The notes under the pieces were generated by a model. That model did not search any database and was not told where the DNA came from. It saw only the letters and a list, made by a program, of their open reading frames with translations. Both the position numbers and the translations under genes were made by a program. From an uncultured Gemmatimonadota bacterium (lineage in GTDB: Bacteria > JAAXHH01), in NCBI GenBank assembly GCA_951812955.1, contig OX638340.1:672001-736000 (forward strand): a stretch of 64,000 bases of DNA, in the 5' to 3' direction. The first letter of the stretch is position 1; each line of letters starts with the position of its first letter. Of this stretch, positions 1-10,346 are shown piece after piece.

Positions 1-1079
1 ACCACTGCCGTAATAGCGTTGACCCCCGAGTCCAGGCTCGACATGGCGGCTGCGAACATGGCGGCTACCACGAATCCGGACACGCCGGGGGGAAGATAGT
101 AGGCAATGTAATGGGGGAACACGTGGTCCGCCCGGCCGGCCAGGTCGGTACTGGCGGGCAGCAGATCGGGCTGGGCCTGGAAGAAGCCCAGGAGCGCGAA
201 ACCGGCCACCCACAGGGTGATCCCGATGCAGAGCCCCACCAGTTGCTGGGTCAGGTACGACCGCCGGGCCGCGCGGGCGTCGGTCGTCGCCATGAAGCGC
301 TGTACCACGGTCTGGTCTCCCCCGGCCGTGGCTATGGCCCACGTCATGGACGCCAACATGGATCCGATCACGGTCAGTCGCACGGACGGGTCCAGACTGA
401 AGACCGGCTGTTCGTCCCAGTGAGGCTGCCAGGAATTCGGAATCCAACCGAATCCGTCGAAATGCATGGTAACCGTGACGATAACCAGGATGGCGCCTCC
501 GAGCATGAGCAGGGTTTGCATCGTATCGGTGATCACCACCGCCCGCAGGCCGCCGAGTGAGGTGTAAACAACCGCGACGAACCCGGTAACCAGCGTGATG
601 GCGGGGATCCAGTCATCTCCCACGCCCAGCATGACCGTCATGGCCTTGGCGGACAGGTAGATCAGGAGGGCCATCCAGACCAGTCGGAGCAGGATGAACA
701 TGACCGCGCCCAGCAGGCGGATGCCCACGCCGAGCCGATCCTCCAGCAGCTCATAGGCGCTCGTAACGCGCGTCCGCATGTAAACCGGGATCAGTACGTA
801 GCCCACCACCACGAAGATGATCGGGATCGTCAGGTAGTTGAGCATCCAGACGGGCCCCTTGCCGATGGCCTCGCCCGGGATGGACAGGTAGGAGATCGTG
901 CTGAGCAGGGTGGCGAACAGTGAGAAGCCGATCAGCGTCGGCGGCATGTTCCCCCCGCCGGTGAAATACTCGCTGACCGTGCTTTGCCTTCGGCTGTAAT
1001 AGTATCCCAGCGAGATGGTCGCGAAGGCGTATCCGACGATGATGGTCCAGTCGACGAGCGTCAGTCCGCCGGAGGGCAT
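1..1079 (-). CDS. Sodium:solute symporter (SSF) family transporter; start ATG at 1079, 3' end beyond the window edge
   Basis: Hand translation of the minus strand gives a continuous, highly hydrophobic reading frame (MPSGGLTLVDWTIIVGYAF...GGLRAVVITDTMQTLLMLGGAILVI...) with the SSF signature. The plus-strand ORFs listed here (111..560 etc.) are arginine-rich antisense artefacts. Confidence 0.7.
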   Translation of the reverse strand, partial: MPSGGLTLVDWTIIVGYAFATISLGYYYSRRQSTVSEYFTGGGNMPPTLIGFSLFATLLSTISYLSIPGEAIGKGPVWMLNYLTIPIIFVVVGYVLIPVYMRTRVTSAYELLEDRLGVGIRLLGAVMFILLRLVWMALLIYLSAKAMTVMLGVGDDWIPAITLVTGFVAVVYTSLGGLRAVVITDTMQTLLMLGGAILVIVTVTMHFDGFGWIPNSWQPHWDEQPVFSLDPSVRLTVIGSMLASMTWAIATAGGDQTVVQRFMATTDARAARRSYLTQQLVGLCIGITLWVAGFALLGFFQAQPDLLPASTDLAGRADHVFPHYIAYYLPPGVSGFVVAAMFAAAMSSLDSGVNAITAV

Positions 1080-1140
1080 GGCGCCTCGCTTCCGTTCGTG
1101 GGCATATGCAGTATATCCAAAGACACCGAAAAAACACAAT

Positions 1141-2565
1141 CTACGGTATGGCGGCGACTCGCAGAAAGTCGGTATGACCAGGGCCCGCCGCGGGCGATCC
1201 GCCGACGATGACTATATGGTCCCCCCGGACCAGGCCACCGGCCTCCCGGGCCGCGTCGATCGACGTGCGAATCATGCCGTCGGTTCCGTCCGGCGAATCG
1301 AACTCTTCGCACTGCACGGGTTTGACGCCCCATACCAGGGCGAGACGTCGGACAGTTTCCTCATCCGGGCTCACCGCGATGACCGGAACGTTGATTCGGT
1401 ACCGGGCGGCCATCCGGGCGGTGTGGCCGGACCGCGTGCAGCAGACGATGGCCTTCGCGCGTGATTCCCGGGCAAGCACGCAGGAAGCGTGGCTGATGGC
1501 ACCGGAAACACCGTGCGTTTCGAATGGTCCAGACATACCGCCGGGCTTACGCTGGAACAGTCTTTCCTCGGCCTGTTCCGCGATGGCCGCCAGTGCGCGC
1601 ACCGCTTCCACCGGATAGGCGCCGATGGCGCTTTCTTCCGATAACATCACGGCATCCGATCCGTCGAGGACGGCATTGGCCACGTCCGCGGCCTCGGCCC
1701 GGGTGGGCCTGGGACTTTCGACCATGGAACGCAGCATCTGCGTCGCGGTGACCACGGGCCGTGCCGCGTGCAGGGCCTTGGTTATGATGTCCTTCTGTAC
1801 CAGCGGGACTTCCTGGTACGGTATTTCCACGCCCAGGTCTCCTCTCGCGACCATGAGCGCATCCACGGCCGGCAGGATGTCGTCGAGCGCATCCACGGCC
1901 TCCGGTTTCTCTATCTTCGCCATCAACGGCAGGCTCGAACCCCGGCTGTCCAGCAATGCGCGTGCGCTCATCACGTCCTTGCGGTTGCGGACGAAGGAAA
2001 GGGCGGCCATGTCCACACCCATGTCGAGCCCTTCCACCAGCAGGTCCCGGTCTTTCTCCGTGAAGGCGGCAATGCCCGACGCGCCGCGTGGTACCGTGAT
2101 GCCCTTGTGATCGGACAATATACCTCCCAGGAGCACCTTGCATCGTATATCGGGAGGTTCCACGGCCTGAATGCGCAACTCGACCAGCCCGTCCGCGAGC
2201 AAAAGGCGTTGCCCGGCTCGCACCTCGTCGGCCAGTTGCGCGTAGTTGACCGGGATGCGGGTCCGGTCTCCGGTCACGCGATCCGTAGTGAGGGTAATCT
2301 CTTCGCCCGCTCCCAGGGTTACGGGGCCGTCCCGGAATGTTCCAATGCGGATCTTGGGGCCGGGCAGGTCCTGAAGAACGGCGACGGGTTTACCGAGATC
2401 GCCCGCGGCGGATCGAATACGACGGACGCAGTCGCTATGTTCGTCGGGCGTGCCATGGGAGAAATTGAGCCGGAAGACATCGACGCCCGCTTCGAGTACC
2501 CGGCGGATCATATCGGATGAACTGATCGCGGGACCCACGGTGCAAACGATTTTGGTGCGTCGCAT
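1141..2565 (-). CDS. pyk: Pyruvate kinase
   Basis: N-terminus MRRTKIVCTVGPA, the FRLNFSHG and MVARGDLGVEIP motifs, and a length of 474 aa. Co-directional with, and 60 bp upstream of, the symporter. Confidence 0.9.
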   Translation of the reverse strand: MRRTKIVCTVGPAISSSDMIRRVLEAGVDVFRLNFSHGTPDEHSDCVRRIRSAAGDLGKPVAVLQDLPGPKIRIGTFRDGPVTLGAGEEITLTTDRVTGDRTRIPVNYAQLADEVRAGQRLLLADGLVELRIQAVEPPDIRCKVLLGGILSDHKGITVPRGASGIAAFTEKDRDLLVEGLDMGVDMAALSFVRNRKDVMSARALLDSRGSSLPLMAKIEKPEAVDALDDILPAVDALMVARGDLGVEIPYQEVPLVQKDIITKALHAARPVVTATQMLRSMVESPRPTRAEAADVANAVLDGSDAVMLSEESAIGAYPVEAVRALAAIAEQAEERLFQRKPGGMSGPFETHGVSGAISHASCVLARESRAKAIVCCTRSGHTARMAARYRINVPVIAVSPDEETVRRLALVWGVKPVQCEEFDSPDGTDGMIRTSIDAAREAGGLVRGDHIVIVGGSPAAGPGHTDFLRVAAIP

Positions 2566-2655
2566 CGGCTGGTCCTTCTGCGTGCCGTTCGCGTATAGGG
2601 GACCGGCCAGGTGCGGGTACGGCGGATGGTCCGGACCGCATCGCGCGTCCGGGGG

Positions 2656-5600
2656 TTACTTCAACACCCCGATGCGCGCGACATGCCCGCCGAGTTTGAG
2701 TTCGCCGGCGTGCACATCCACAGGTACGGGCTCCTCGCGCAGTTCCGTTGAAAGCGTTTCGGTCCTGATGTAGTCCGCGTGGGCGTCTATGGCCTCGGCC
2801 AGATCGCCTTCGGCTTCGTAGAACAGGGTAATCCTGTCGTTCACGTTGAAATCCGCTTCCTTGCGCATATTCTGCACATGACGGACAAAATCCCGCATCA
2901 ATCCCTCGAGGAGGAGATCGCGGGTGACCCTGGTGTCAATGGCGACCGTGCAGCCAAAGTCGGATGTCACCGCGAGCCCGTCCGCATCCACCCGTTCGAC
3001 AACGAGCTCCTCAGGCGTCAGCTCGACCTGTTCGCCGTCCACTTCAAGCGAAAGGGACCCGCCCGCCGCGACACGGGCACCGGTTTCGTGGCCGTCCAGC
3101 ACCTCGAGCGCCTGGCGCACGGCATTCAAACGCTTGCCGAACCGGGGACCCCATTTTGAAAAATCCGGTTTCACGGCGTACCCGCGAAAGGCATCCTCAT
3201 TATCGACCAGGTCCAGGTCCTTCACATTCAGTTCTTCCAGGATCTGAGCGCGCAGCCGCGTCAGGGTGTCTCCCTGCCGGGCGGTCGCGGGTTTCACCAG
3301 CAGGCGCAACGCGGGCTGGCGGACCTTCATCCGGGCTTCGTTGCGAACCGCGCGGCCCAGTTCGATCACCTGCATCAGGTCTTCCATGTCGTCCATGAGG
3401 TCCTGGTCGATCAATTCCTCGGAGACCTCCGGGTATCTGCAGAGATGGACGCTTGATGGCGCTGAAGAATCGATGGGCGGAACCAGGCTCTGATAGAGTT
3501 CCTCCGCGGAGAAAGGCAGAATAGGCGCGATCAGCTTGCTCATCGTGACCAGAACTTCGTAGAGCGTCTGGATGGCCGATTGCTTGTCCGCGTCATCGCC
3601 GCTCTTCCAGAACCGGCGCCTGCTCCGGCGGACGTACCAGGTGGAAAGCACGTCCATGAACCGTTCGGTTTCGCGTACCACGGTCGCCGAATCGAAATTA
3701 TCCAGCCGGTCGTTGCAGAGTCGGACCAGTTGATTGAGCCGGGAAAGCACCCACCTGTCGAGTTCGCTACGGCCCGAAACAGGAGCTGAGGCAGAAATGG
3801 GAGGGCAGTCCGGCAGATTGGCGTAGGTCACGAAGAAAGCGTATACGTTCCACAACCTGAGCATTTTCCGCATGACGTCTTCGGCGGGTCCATAGCCGAA
3901 CCGGAAGACCATGTTCAGCGGCGCGCCAGCGTATTGCCATCTCATCACATCGGCGCCCATACGGGCGGTGGCGTCCTCCACGGCGATCGCGTTATCGCCG
4001 CTCTTGCTGAAGGGTTCCCCGTTCTCGTCCCGCATTTCTTCGAAGGTGAGTACCGCCTTGAACGGGGTCCGGTCGTACAGGGTCACCGACATGAACAACT
4101 GGGAATAGAACCACAGCCTGATCTGTTCGCGCATTTCCGTGATCCAGTCAGCGGGAGACCATGATTCCCAGGCAGTATCCGTGCCGTTGCGGGAAACTCC
4201 GGTCTTGTCCCTTTCGGCCTCGGGCCCCCGTTCCGACCGGATCGTGCCATTGATCCCGCGGTGCTCCGGCAGATAGTTCAATGTTGAAAAAGGGACGATT
4301 CCCGCGTCGAGCCAGCAGTCCCCGACTTCGGTCACCCGCTTTACGGCCTCTCCGCAACGCTCGCAGGAAATCTCGATATCATCGATCCACGGACGATGGA
4401 GTTCGGGCAGCTCTTCGACCAGCGCGGGATTCACGGCCCGCTGCCGCAGTTCGGCCGTGCTGCCGATGACGTTCACGTGATCGCAGTTCCCACAATTGTA
4501 GAAGGGCAGGGGCAACCCCCAGAATCGGCGGCGCGATATGCACCAGTCCCCCATGTTGTCCAGCCAGTCCTGCATCAGGAGGCCGCTGTATTCGGGTACC
4601 CACCGGACCGTCGCGGCGGCCTGCTTCATCGGCGCCCTGATCTCGTCCGCTGAAATGAACCACTCGTCGGCCAGGCGAAAGACCAGCGGAGTCTTGCAAC
4701 GCCAACAGAAGGGATACCGGTGCGTGTAGTCTTCCCAGCGAAACAACACGCCCCTGGATTCCAACTCCCGCCTGACGCCTTCTGCTGATTCCCGTACATG
4801 GGTGGCTGTCAGTGGCCCCATATCGTCTGTGAAATAACCGTTCTCATCAATGGGCACAATGATGGCCAGGCCGAGTTCCTGCCCGAGCTGATAATCCTCG
4901 GCGCCACAGCCCGGTGCGATATGCACGATGCCCGTGCCTTCCTCGTCAGATACCATGTCCCACGGAACGGTGGTGCGGTTGACCTCACGCTGCGCGGGGA
5001 GATCCTCCAGAGGGCCGTGGAAGGGCAGCCCGATCAGATCCTTGCCCTTCACGGTCTCGACCACTACCGCTTCGGGCGGCAGGACGGTCTCGACGAGTGA
5101 CTTCATCAAGTAGTAGTATTCGCCGTCCAGGCTCGCTTTCGCGTATTCGGCTTCAGGATGCAAGGCCAGGGCCGTATTGGCGGTCAGGGTCCACGGCGTA
5201 GTGGTCCAGACCAGGAAATACTCGTCCCTTCGGCCCCCGACCCGGCATCGGAAGAAACAGGATGGATCGGTCTGCTCCTGGTAAGAATCCACCAGCTCGT
5301 GCTGGCTCAGGCTGGTCCCGCACCGCCAGCACCAGGGCATGGAACGGTAACCGCGGTACAGCCATTTCCTGGCGTCGCAGGCCTTCAGAAAATGCCAGAT
5401 ATGCTCGATGTTGTTGTCATCCAGGGTGTAGTAGGAGGCCGGATGGCCGTCGTCGTGGTACCACTGCATCCAGTGTCCCATGCGAATGGACTGCCGCGTT
5501 ATCCGCTCCGCGTACTCGTCCACCCGAGCGCGGCACGCCCGGGAGAACTCGGCGAGACCGAACGACTCGATGTCCCGTTTCGAATCAAAACCAAGCGCCC

Positions 5601-5895
5601 GCTCCACCTCGACTTCCACCCACAAGCCCTGACAGTCGAACCCGTTCTGCCACCGCTGGTTGAATCCCTTCATGGCTTTGTACCGGCAGTACATGTCCTT
5701 GTAGGTCCGGCCCCAGGCGTGATGAACGCCCATGGCGTTATTCGCGGTGATCGGTCCGTCGATAAAGGACCAGGTCGGTCGATCCGCCAATTGTGCTCGC
5801 AGTTTGTCGAAAATCCGATGGTCCTCCCACCATGCGAGGATGCGCTCCTCCATCCGGGGGTATTCCATCTTTCCATCAAAGGGTTTGAATTTCAT
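2656..5895 (-). CDS. ileS: Isoleucine--tRNA ligase
   Basis: 1079 aa class-I aaRS with a HIGH-type region (NNAMGVHHAWGRT), a KMSKS-like FSKSGDN motif, and an editing and anticodon-binding architecture typical of IleS. Confidence 0.92.
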   Translation of the reverse strand: MKFKPFDGKMEYPRMEERILAWWEDHRIFDKLRAQLADRPTWSFIDGPITANNAMGVHHAWGRTYKDMYCRYKAMKGFNQRWQNGFDCQGLWVEVEVERALGFDSKRDIESFGLAEFSRACRARVDEYAERITRQSIRMGHWMQWYHDDGHPASYYTLDDNNIEHIWHFLKACDARKWLYRGYRSMPWCWRCGTSLSQHELVDSYQEQTDPSCFFRCRVGGRRDEYFLVWTTTPWTLTANTALALHPEAEYAKASLDGEYYYLMKSLVETVLPPEAVVVETVKGKDLIGLPFHGPLEDLPAQREVNRTTVPWDMVSDEEGTGIVHIAPGCGAEDYQLGQELGLAIIVPIDENGYFTDDMGPLTATHVRESAEGVRRELESRGVLFRWEDYTHRYPFCWRCKTPLVFRLADEWFISADEIRAPMKQAAATVRWVPEYSGLLMQDWLDNMGDWCISRRRFWGLPLPFYNCGNCDHVNVIGSTAELRQRAVNPALVEELPELHRPWIDDIEISCERCGEAVKRVTEVGDCWLDAGIVPFSTLNYLPEHRGINGTIRSERGPEAERDKTGVSRNGTDTAWESWSPADWITEMREQIRLWFYSQLFMSVTLYDRTPFKAVLTFEEMRDENGEPFSKSGDNAIAVEDATARMGADVMRWQYAGAPLNMVFRFGYGPAEDVMRKMLRLWNVYAFFVTYANLPDCPPISASAPVSGRSELDRWVLSRLNQLVRLCNDRLDNFDSATVVRETERFMDVLSTWYVRRSRRRFWKSGDDADKQSAIQTLYEVLVTMSKLIAPILPFSAEELYQSLVPPIDSSAPSSVHLCRYPEVSEELIDQDLMDDMEDLMQVIELGRAVRNEARMKVRQPALRLLVKPATARQGDTLTRLRAQILEELNVKDLDLVDNEDAFRGYAVKPDFSKWGPRFGKRLNAVRQALEVLDGHETGARVAAGGSLSLEVDGEQVELTPEELVVERVDADGLAVTSDFGCTVAIDTRVTRDLLLEGLMRDFVRHVQNMRKEADFNVNDRITLFYEAEGDLAEAIDAHADYIRTETLSTELREEPVPVDVHAGELKLGGHVARIGVLK

Positions 5896-6103
5896 TCTTC
5901 ACACCTGGCGCTTCGTGATACAGTGACCACAACACGTTCCATGGATCACACGATGCATGACTCAAGCCGGCGTCGTAAATGACCTGCTGCCATCAAGAAG
6001 GGCGATCCGCGACGCCGGTCAGAAAATAGGCGGTAGAGGGCCGGTACACAAGGTAATTCTGGGGTATGGTCGAGCGCGCAGGGACGAGCAGGCCACCTGA
6101 GAT

Positions 6104-6784
6104 TCAGGCCGTAGGATTCCCATCAGGGAACCGGTTCAGTTCTTCTCTGTACGATCGCCAACTCGGCATAAATCTGTCGAGAATGCCCCAAAACCGCCGA
6201 TTGTGCGATGGCTCGATCAGGTGCGCCATTTCGTGGACGATCACGTACTCCAGGCAACGGATGGGTTTCTTGGCCAACTCCAGGTTCAGCCAGATCCGCC
6301 GGGCACGGCAGTTGCAGGTGCCCCAGCGGGTCTTCATGCGCCGGATGCGCCATTCCGCCACCTGGACCTCCATTACCGGCTCCCACGCCGCAATGATCGC
6401 GGGTACCCGGGACCCCAGACGGTGTCGGTACCAACGGGTGAGCAGTTCGCTGCGCTGTCTCAGGTCCGCACCCGGACGGACCCGCATCTCAAGGGTCGAT
6501 TCACCCAGCAGGTAGACGGAAGGGGGGCCATCATAGGTCGTGACGTTGAGCGATACGCTCGATCCCTCTACGTAGTGGTGTTCTCCCGAAACGAGTCGAA
6601 GTTCGGTTTCACGACCGCGACGGCGGTGCTTCTCCTGTTGCCGTCGAATCCACGGCATCCTTTTGGCCACGGCCTGTCGGACCGCCGCTTCGTCGATGTA
6701 CAGCGGGGCGGAAACCCGCACGCGGCCGTCAGGTGGTCCCACCCTGATGTACAGGTGCCGGATCCGCTTGCGGTAGACGTCCAC
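6104..6784 (-). CDS. YgjP-like (DUF45 / M48-like) zinc-dependent hydrolase
   Basis: HEMAHLIEPSHNRRFW zinc-binding motif near the C-terminus. Starts on GTG; the frame stays open about 60 nt upstream without ATG, GTG or TTG. Confidence 0.65.
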   Translation of the reverse strand: MDVYRKRIRHLYIRVGPPDGRVRVSAPLYIDEAAVRQAVAKRMPWIRRQQEKHRRRGRETELRLVSGEHHYVEGSSVSLNVTTYDGPPSVYLLGESTLEMRVRPGADLRQRSELLTRWYRHRLGSRVPAIIAAWEPVMEVQVAEWRIRRMKTRWGTCNCRARRIWLNLELAKKPIRCLEYVIVHEMAHLIEPSHNRRFWGILDRFMPSWRSYREELNRFPDGNPTA

Positions 6785-7097
6785 TTCAACGTCTTCCAGG
6801 AGGAGCGTGTAACTTTTTTTGCCTTTGATGTACAGCCTCTTTCTGCTTCAAACCGACGGCCGTTCGGGGAAGATTGCGCCCTTGCCGGCAAAATCGGCAT
6901 CAACCTTCCTGAACACCCAATATAGTCTCGAGCATGAAGCGACGGTAGTGCTATGGGATATCATGGGACAGGGCCTGACGGGCTTGACATGGACTGGACA
7001 AAACGGCTCTATAAAATACCCCGATGGCGGCGTCTTCGATGGCACCTCGCCTCGGGATGCCACATGAATCGCTCGTAACTATCTCATGCATTCCTGC

Positions 7098-7133
7098 GGG
7101 CGTACCGTCATCAAGGGCGTACCGTCATCAAGG
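7098..7133. repeat. Perfect 18-bp tandem duplication (gggcgtaccgtcatcaag x2) in the divergent intergenic region just upstream of the sulfatase gene
   Basis: Read directly at 7098-7115 and 7116-7133. Confidence 0.8.
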
Positions 7134-7174
7134 GCATACCCCCAGTAACGACGCGAAGAAGGAGTAGATGTAAA

Positions 7175-8577
7175 TTGCATAGCGAAAAACCCAACATCCT
7201 CTTTTTGTTTTCAGATGACCAGCGCTTCGATACGGTGAATTCGCTTGGAAATCCAGGCGTGCATACGCCGTCGATGGATCGGCTTGCGGCACGGGGGACG
7301 GCCTTCACGCACGCGCACATTCCCGGAGGCACGTCCGCCGCGATATGCATGCCGAGCCGTGCCATGCTGCACACCGGGCGCACGCTGTTTCACCTGGACG
7401 GCGCGGGCGAGGACATACCTCGGGACCATGTGCTCATGGGCGAGCATCTGAAAAGTTGCGGATACCGCACCTGGGGCACGGGCAAATGGCACAACGGCGT
7501 CTCGGCTTTCGCACGCAGCTTTTCTGATGGGGCCGAGATATTCTTCGGAGGTATGGACGACCACTGGAACGTGCCCGTCTTCGACTATGATCCGCAAGGC
7601 CGGTATGAAGGGACGTTACCGCAGTGTCCCGACGCGTTTCATTCCAATGCGTTGAAAGTCCGGCGCGGGGACCGCGTGTCGGCGGGAAGGCATTCCAGCG
7701 AGTTGTTCGGCGAATGCGCCGCGGACTGGCTGGAGAGCTACGAAGGCACCGATCCATTTTTCATGTACGTGTCCTTCATGGCGCCCCACGATCCCCGGAC
7801 CGTGCCACAGGCGTACCTGGACCTGTACGATCCGGAACAGATCCCGCTTCCCGGCAATTTCCAGGGCGGCCATCCCTTCGACAACGGCGATCTCAAAGTC
7901 AGGGATGAAGTGTTGGAAGATTTTCCGCGCGACCCGTTTAAAGTACGCCGGCACATCGCCGAATACTACGGAATGATCACCCACCTGGACGCCCAGATGG
8001 GCCGAATCCTGGACGTGCTGGACACCCGGGGCATGACGGACAATACGATCGTGGTCTTTGCCGGCGACAACGGATTGGCCGTGGGGCAGCACGGACTGTT
8101 CGGCAAACAGAACATGTACGAACACAGCGTGCGGATTCCCCTTATGTTCGCCGGACCGGGAATACCCCGGGGGTTTGCCGATCTTCCTACGCTTACCTGC
8201 TGGACATCTTCCCGACGCTGTGCGAACTGGCCGGCATCGATACACCCGAATCCGTCGAAGGAACGAGTCTGGCCTCCGCCATGGCGGATCCCGGCGTGCG
8301 ACCCCGGACATCCCTGTATGCCGCGTACCAACAGTGGCAACGCATGGTCAAGGATGCCCGGTTCAAACTGATCGAATACGTCGTCGACGGCCGTCGAACG
8401 ACCCAGTTGTTCGACCTGGAACGCGATCCGTCGGAGTGTCGCAACCTGGCCGGCGATCCGTCCGAACAGGACCGGCTGCGAGCACTCAGGGACCTGCTTT
8501 TTCAATGGCGCGACGACTGGGACGATGCCCGGAGTCCATGGGGCAAGGCCTTCTGGGACGGTTACGACGCCCATTGA
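7175..8577 (+). pseudogene. Cys-type sulfatase (arylsulfatase family) interrupted by a single -1 frameshift near 8180-8190; either a pseudogene or a 1-nt assembly error
   Basis: Frame A (7175..8371) carries LFLFSDDQRFD and the C-M-P-S-R FGly motif. Frame B (8191..8577) continues with AYLLDIFPTLCELAGI...LERDPSECRNLA, the conserved sulfatase C-terminus. Inserting one nucleotide near 8183 restores ...GIPRGFADxSYAYLLDIFPTL. Confidence 0.6.
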
Positions 8578-8609
8578 GATAGTCAGCCCGGGTCTTGGCT
8601 CAGCTTCCC

Positions 8610-10346
8610 TCAGGCGACGGCCGTCCGGTTCCTGGCAATCCGGTACAGTATCTGGCTCATGGCGCCAAGTCCCAATATGACCAGCAACCCGTTGACAACC
8701 CAGCCGACATAGGGCAGGCTGACCGCGACCAGCACCAGTACCAGTCCAACAGACAACGCCAAAGCCACCGAACGCATGTCCTGCCGCTTCGATCGCAACA
8801 GTGCGGTGCCCAGATAGTGCGCCACGACGATCTTGGACAGGTAAAGTCCCACCGCCCATATAACCACCGTGACCAATCCTACTGGAATACCGATGAGTGT
8901 CACGGCAAACACCGCCGCTGCGACCGGCAGGGTAATGAGGATAACAACCCCGGTGCCGGCGGACACGAGTATCGACCTGAAATCTTCCAGCGGCTGGATT
9001 CTGAAAGCGGGTAGTGCCCAGAACACCAACATGCCCGATATGAATGCCGCGGCCAGCCACAAGACCGAAAACAGGAGCGACCAGAACGACCAGGACGACC
9101 AGAACGACCCGGCCTCCTCCTGGCGCTCTTCGTAAACGTCGATACTTGTCGTGCCCGCCACAGATGAGACGGAGTCCACCAGCAGGTCTTCCTCACTCGG
9201 CAATTCCACGTCGAGGTTGCCGCCGATCGATGCGGACGACTGAATGGCCGCAACACGCCCCGAGAAGGTTACATCCCGCAATACCTTGCCCGATACGGTA
9301 AGCCTGTTGCCGAACACCGTCACATTGCGGCCTACCGAACCGCCCACGTTGATCTGGTCGGCGAAAGCAAAAAGATCGCCTCCGATAGCGGCGTCCCGTC
9401 TCGTTAGAATGGACTTGCCGAACCAGTATACGCTTTGTCCGACCGTATTTCCCATGCGAATCATCTCTCCGAATGCCCCGACTCCGCCTTCGACCTTGCC
9501 TTCAATCTCTATGATCTGCCCGAAAAAGAACGCGTCTCCGTGCACCGAGCCCTGGATATCGATCGATTCCGCGAAGGCGATCAGGTCTCCGGTTACCACC
9601 CCGTCAATACGCACGGTACGACCGAAGGCAACGAAGGTGTCATCGATGACTTCATTGGCTTCAATCGACACACTCTCGCCGGATTTGATCTCGATGGCTT
9701 TCGCCGGCGTGGCTGCTATGAATGCCAGAATCAGGGTGCCAAGTATCACCGGCAACCCAGAGGACCTTTGAAAACTCGCATAAATCAAATAGACAAGCGT
9801 GCCGAGAAGGGCGGTGATTCCGGCGGTTATCATCAGGGATTCCATGATCGATCCTCCTTCGCGAATTAAATAGACACATGAGCTGAACAGCAGGGACAGC
9901 TGACCGGAAACCTGGAGCGGATTGAGCCAGGCCAGTCCCCAGGGCAGCTGAAGTCCGGTAACCAGGTCGAACCCCATCCTCAACAAAAGCGCGGTTCCGA
10001 TGACCAGTCCCATGAGTTGCAGGACCAGTGCCGGGGAAGAGGCCGGGACAGGCACATGAGACGAGGCCGGGACAGGCACATGAGATGAGGCCGGGACAGG
10101 TAACGGAGATGAGGCCGGGACAGGTAACGGCTCAGATTCAGCCAGGAACGCATCTGCGTTACCGATAAACCCGACGAGCGTTTCTCTTTCCACCTGGAAC
10201 GCAAGGACCAGTTCACGGCAACGGGGACAGCGGTCCAGATGTTCGCGCAACAGCTTGGCTTCGGATACGGACAACTCGCCATCGGCGTACATCGCGCAGG
10301 TCAGTTCGGCCGGACAGGACTTGCTACGCACACCTGTATCGGTCAT
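8610..10346 (-). CDS. Anti-sigma factor: N-terminal zf-HC2 zinc finger, PVPASS 8-aa repeats, TM segments, a beta-helical bactofilin/CcmA-like repeat domain and a C-terminal multi-TM region
   Basis: CPxC...CPRCRELV zinc-finger motif. Its start overlaps the stop of the upstream ECF sigma gene (ATGA). Repetitive V-x-G-x-V-x-GD-x-x-FA motifs and hydrophobic stretches are present. Confidence 0.65.
   Translation of the reverse strand: MTDTGVRSKSCPAELTCAMYADGELSVSEAKLLREHLDRCPRCRELVLAFQVERETLVGFIGNADAFLAESEPLPVPASSPLPVPASSHVPVPASSHVPVPASSPALVLQLMGLVIGTALLLRMGFDLVTGLQLPWGLAWLNPLQVSGQLSLLFSSCVYLIREGGSIMESLMITAGITALLGTLVYLIYASFQRSSGLPVILGTLILAFIAATPAKAIEIKSGESVSIEANEVIDDTFVAFGRTVRIDGVVTGDLIAFAESIDIQGSVHGDAFFFGQIIEIEGKVEGGVGAFGEMIRMGNTVGQSVYWFGKSILTRRDAAIGGDLFAFADQINVGGSVGRNVTVFGNRLTVSGKVLRDVTFSGRVAAIQSSASIGGNLDVELPSEEDLLVDSVSSVAGTTSIDVYEERQEEAGSFWSSWSFWSLLFSVLWLAAAFISGMLVFWALPAFRIQPLEDFRSILVSAGTGVVILITLPVAAAVFAVTLIGIPVGLVTVVIWAVGLYLSKIVVAHYLGTALLRSKRQDMRSVALALSVGLVLVLVAVSLPYVGWVVNGLLVILGLGAMSQILYRIARNRTAVA
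10036..10131 (-). repeat. 24-nt in-frame tandem repeat x4 encoding (P/H)(L/V)PVPASS inside the anti-sigma gene
   Basis: ggccgggacagg recurs every 24 nt at 10041, 10065, 10089 and 10113. Confidence 0.75.

Noticed and set aside
111-560. 149-aa and overlapping plus-strand ORFs at the window start
   Set aside because: The minus strand encodes a continuous sodium:solute symporter with good hydrophobic periodicity. The plus-strand ORFs have low-complexity Arg/Gly/His composition.
5158-5982. 274-aa plus-strand ORF
   Set aside because: It lies antisense within ileS and is not credible.
8160-8200. Programmed ribosomal frameshift in the sulfatase
   Set aside because: There is no slippery heptamer or downstream structure. 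A 1-nt indel in a short pyrimidine run is more parsimonious.
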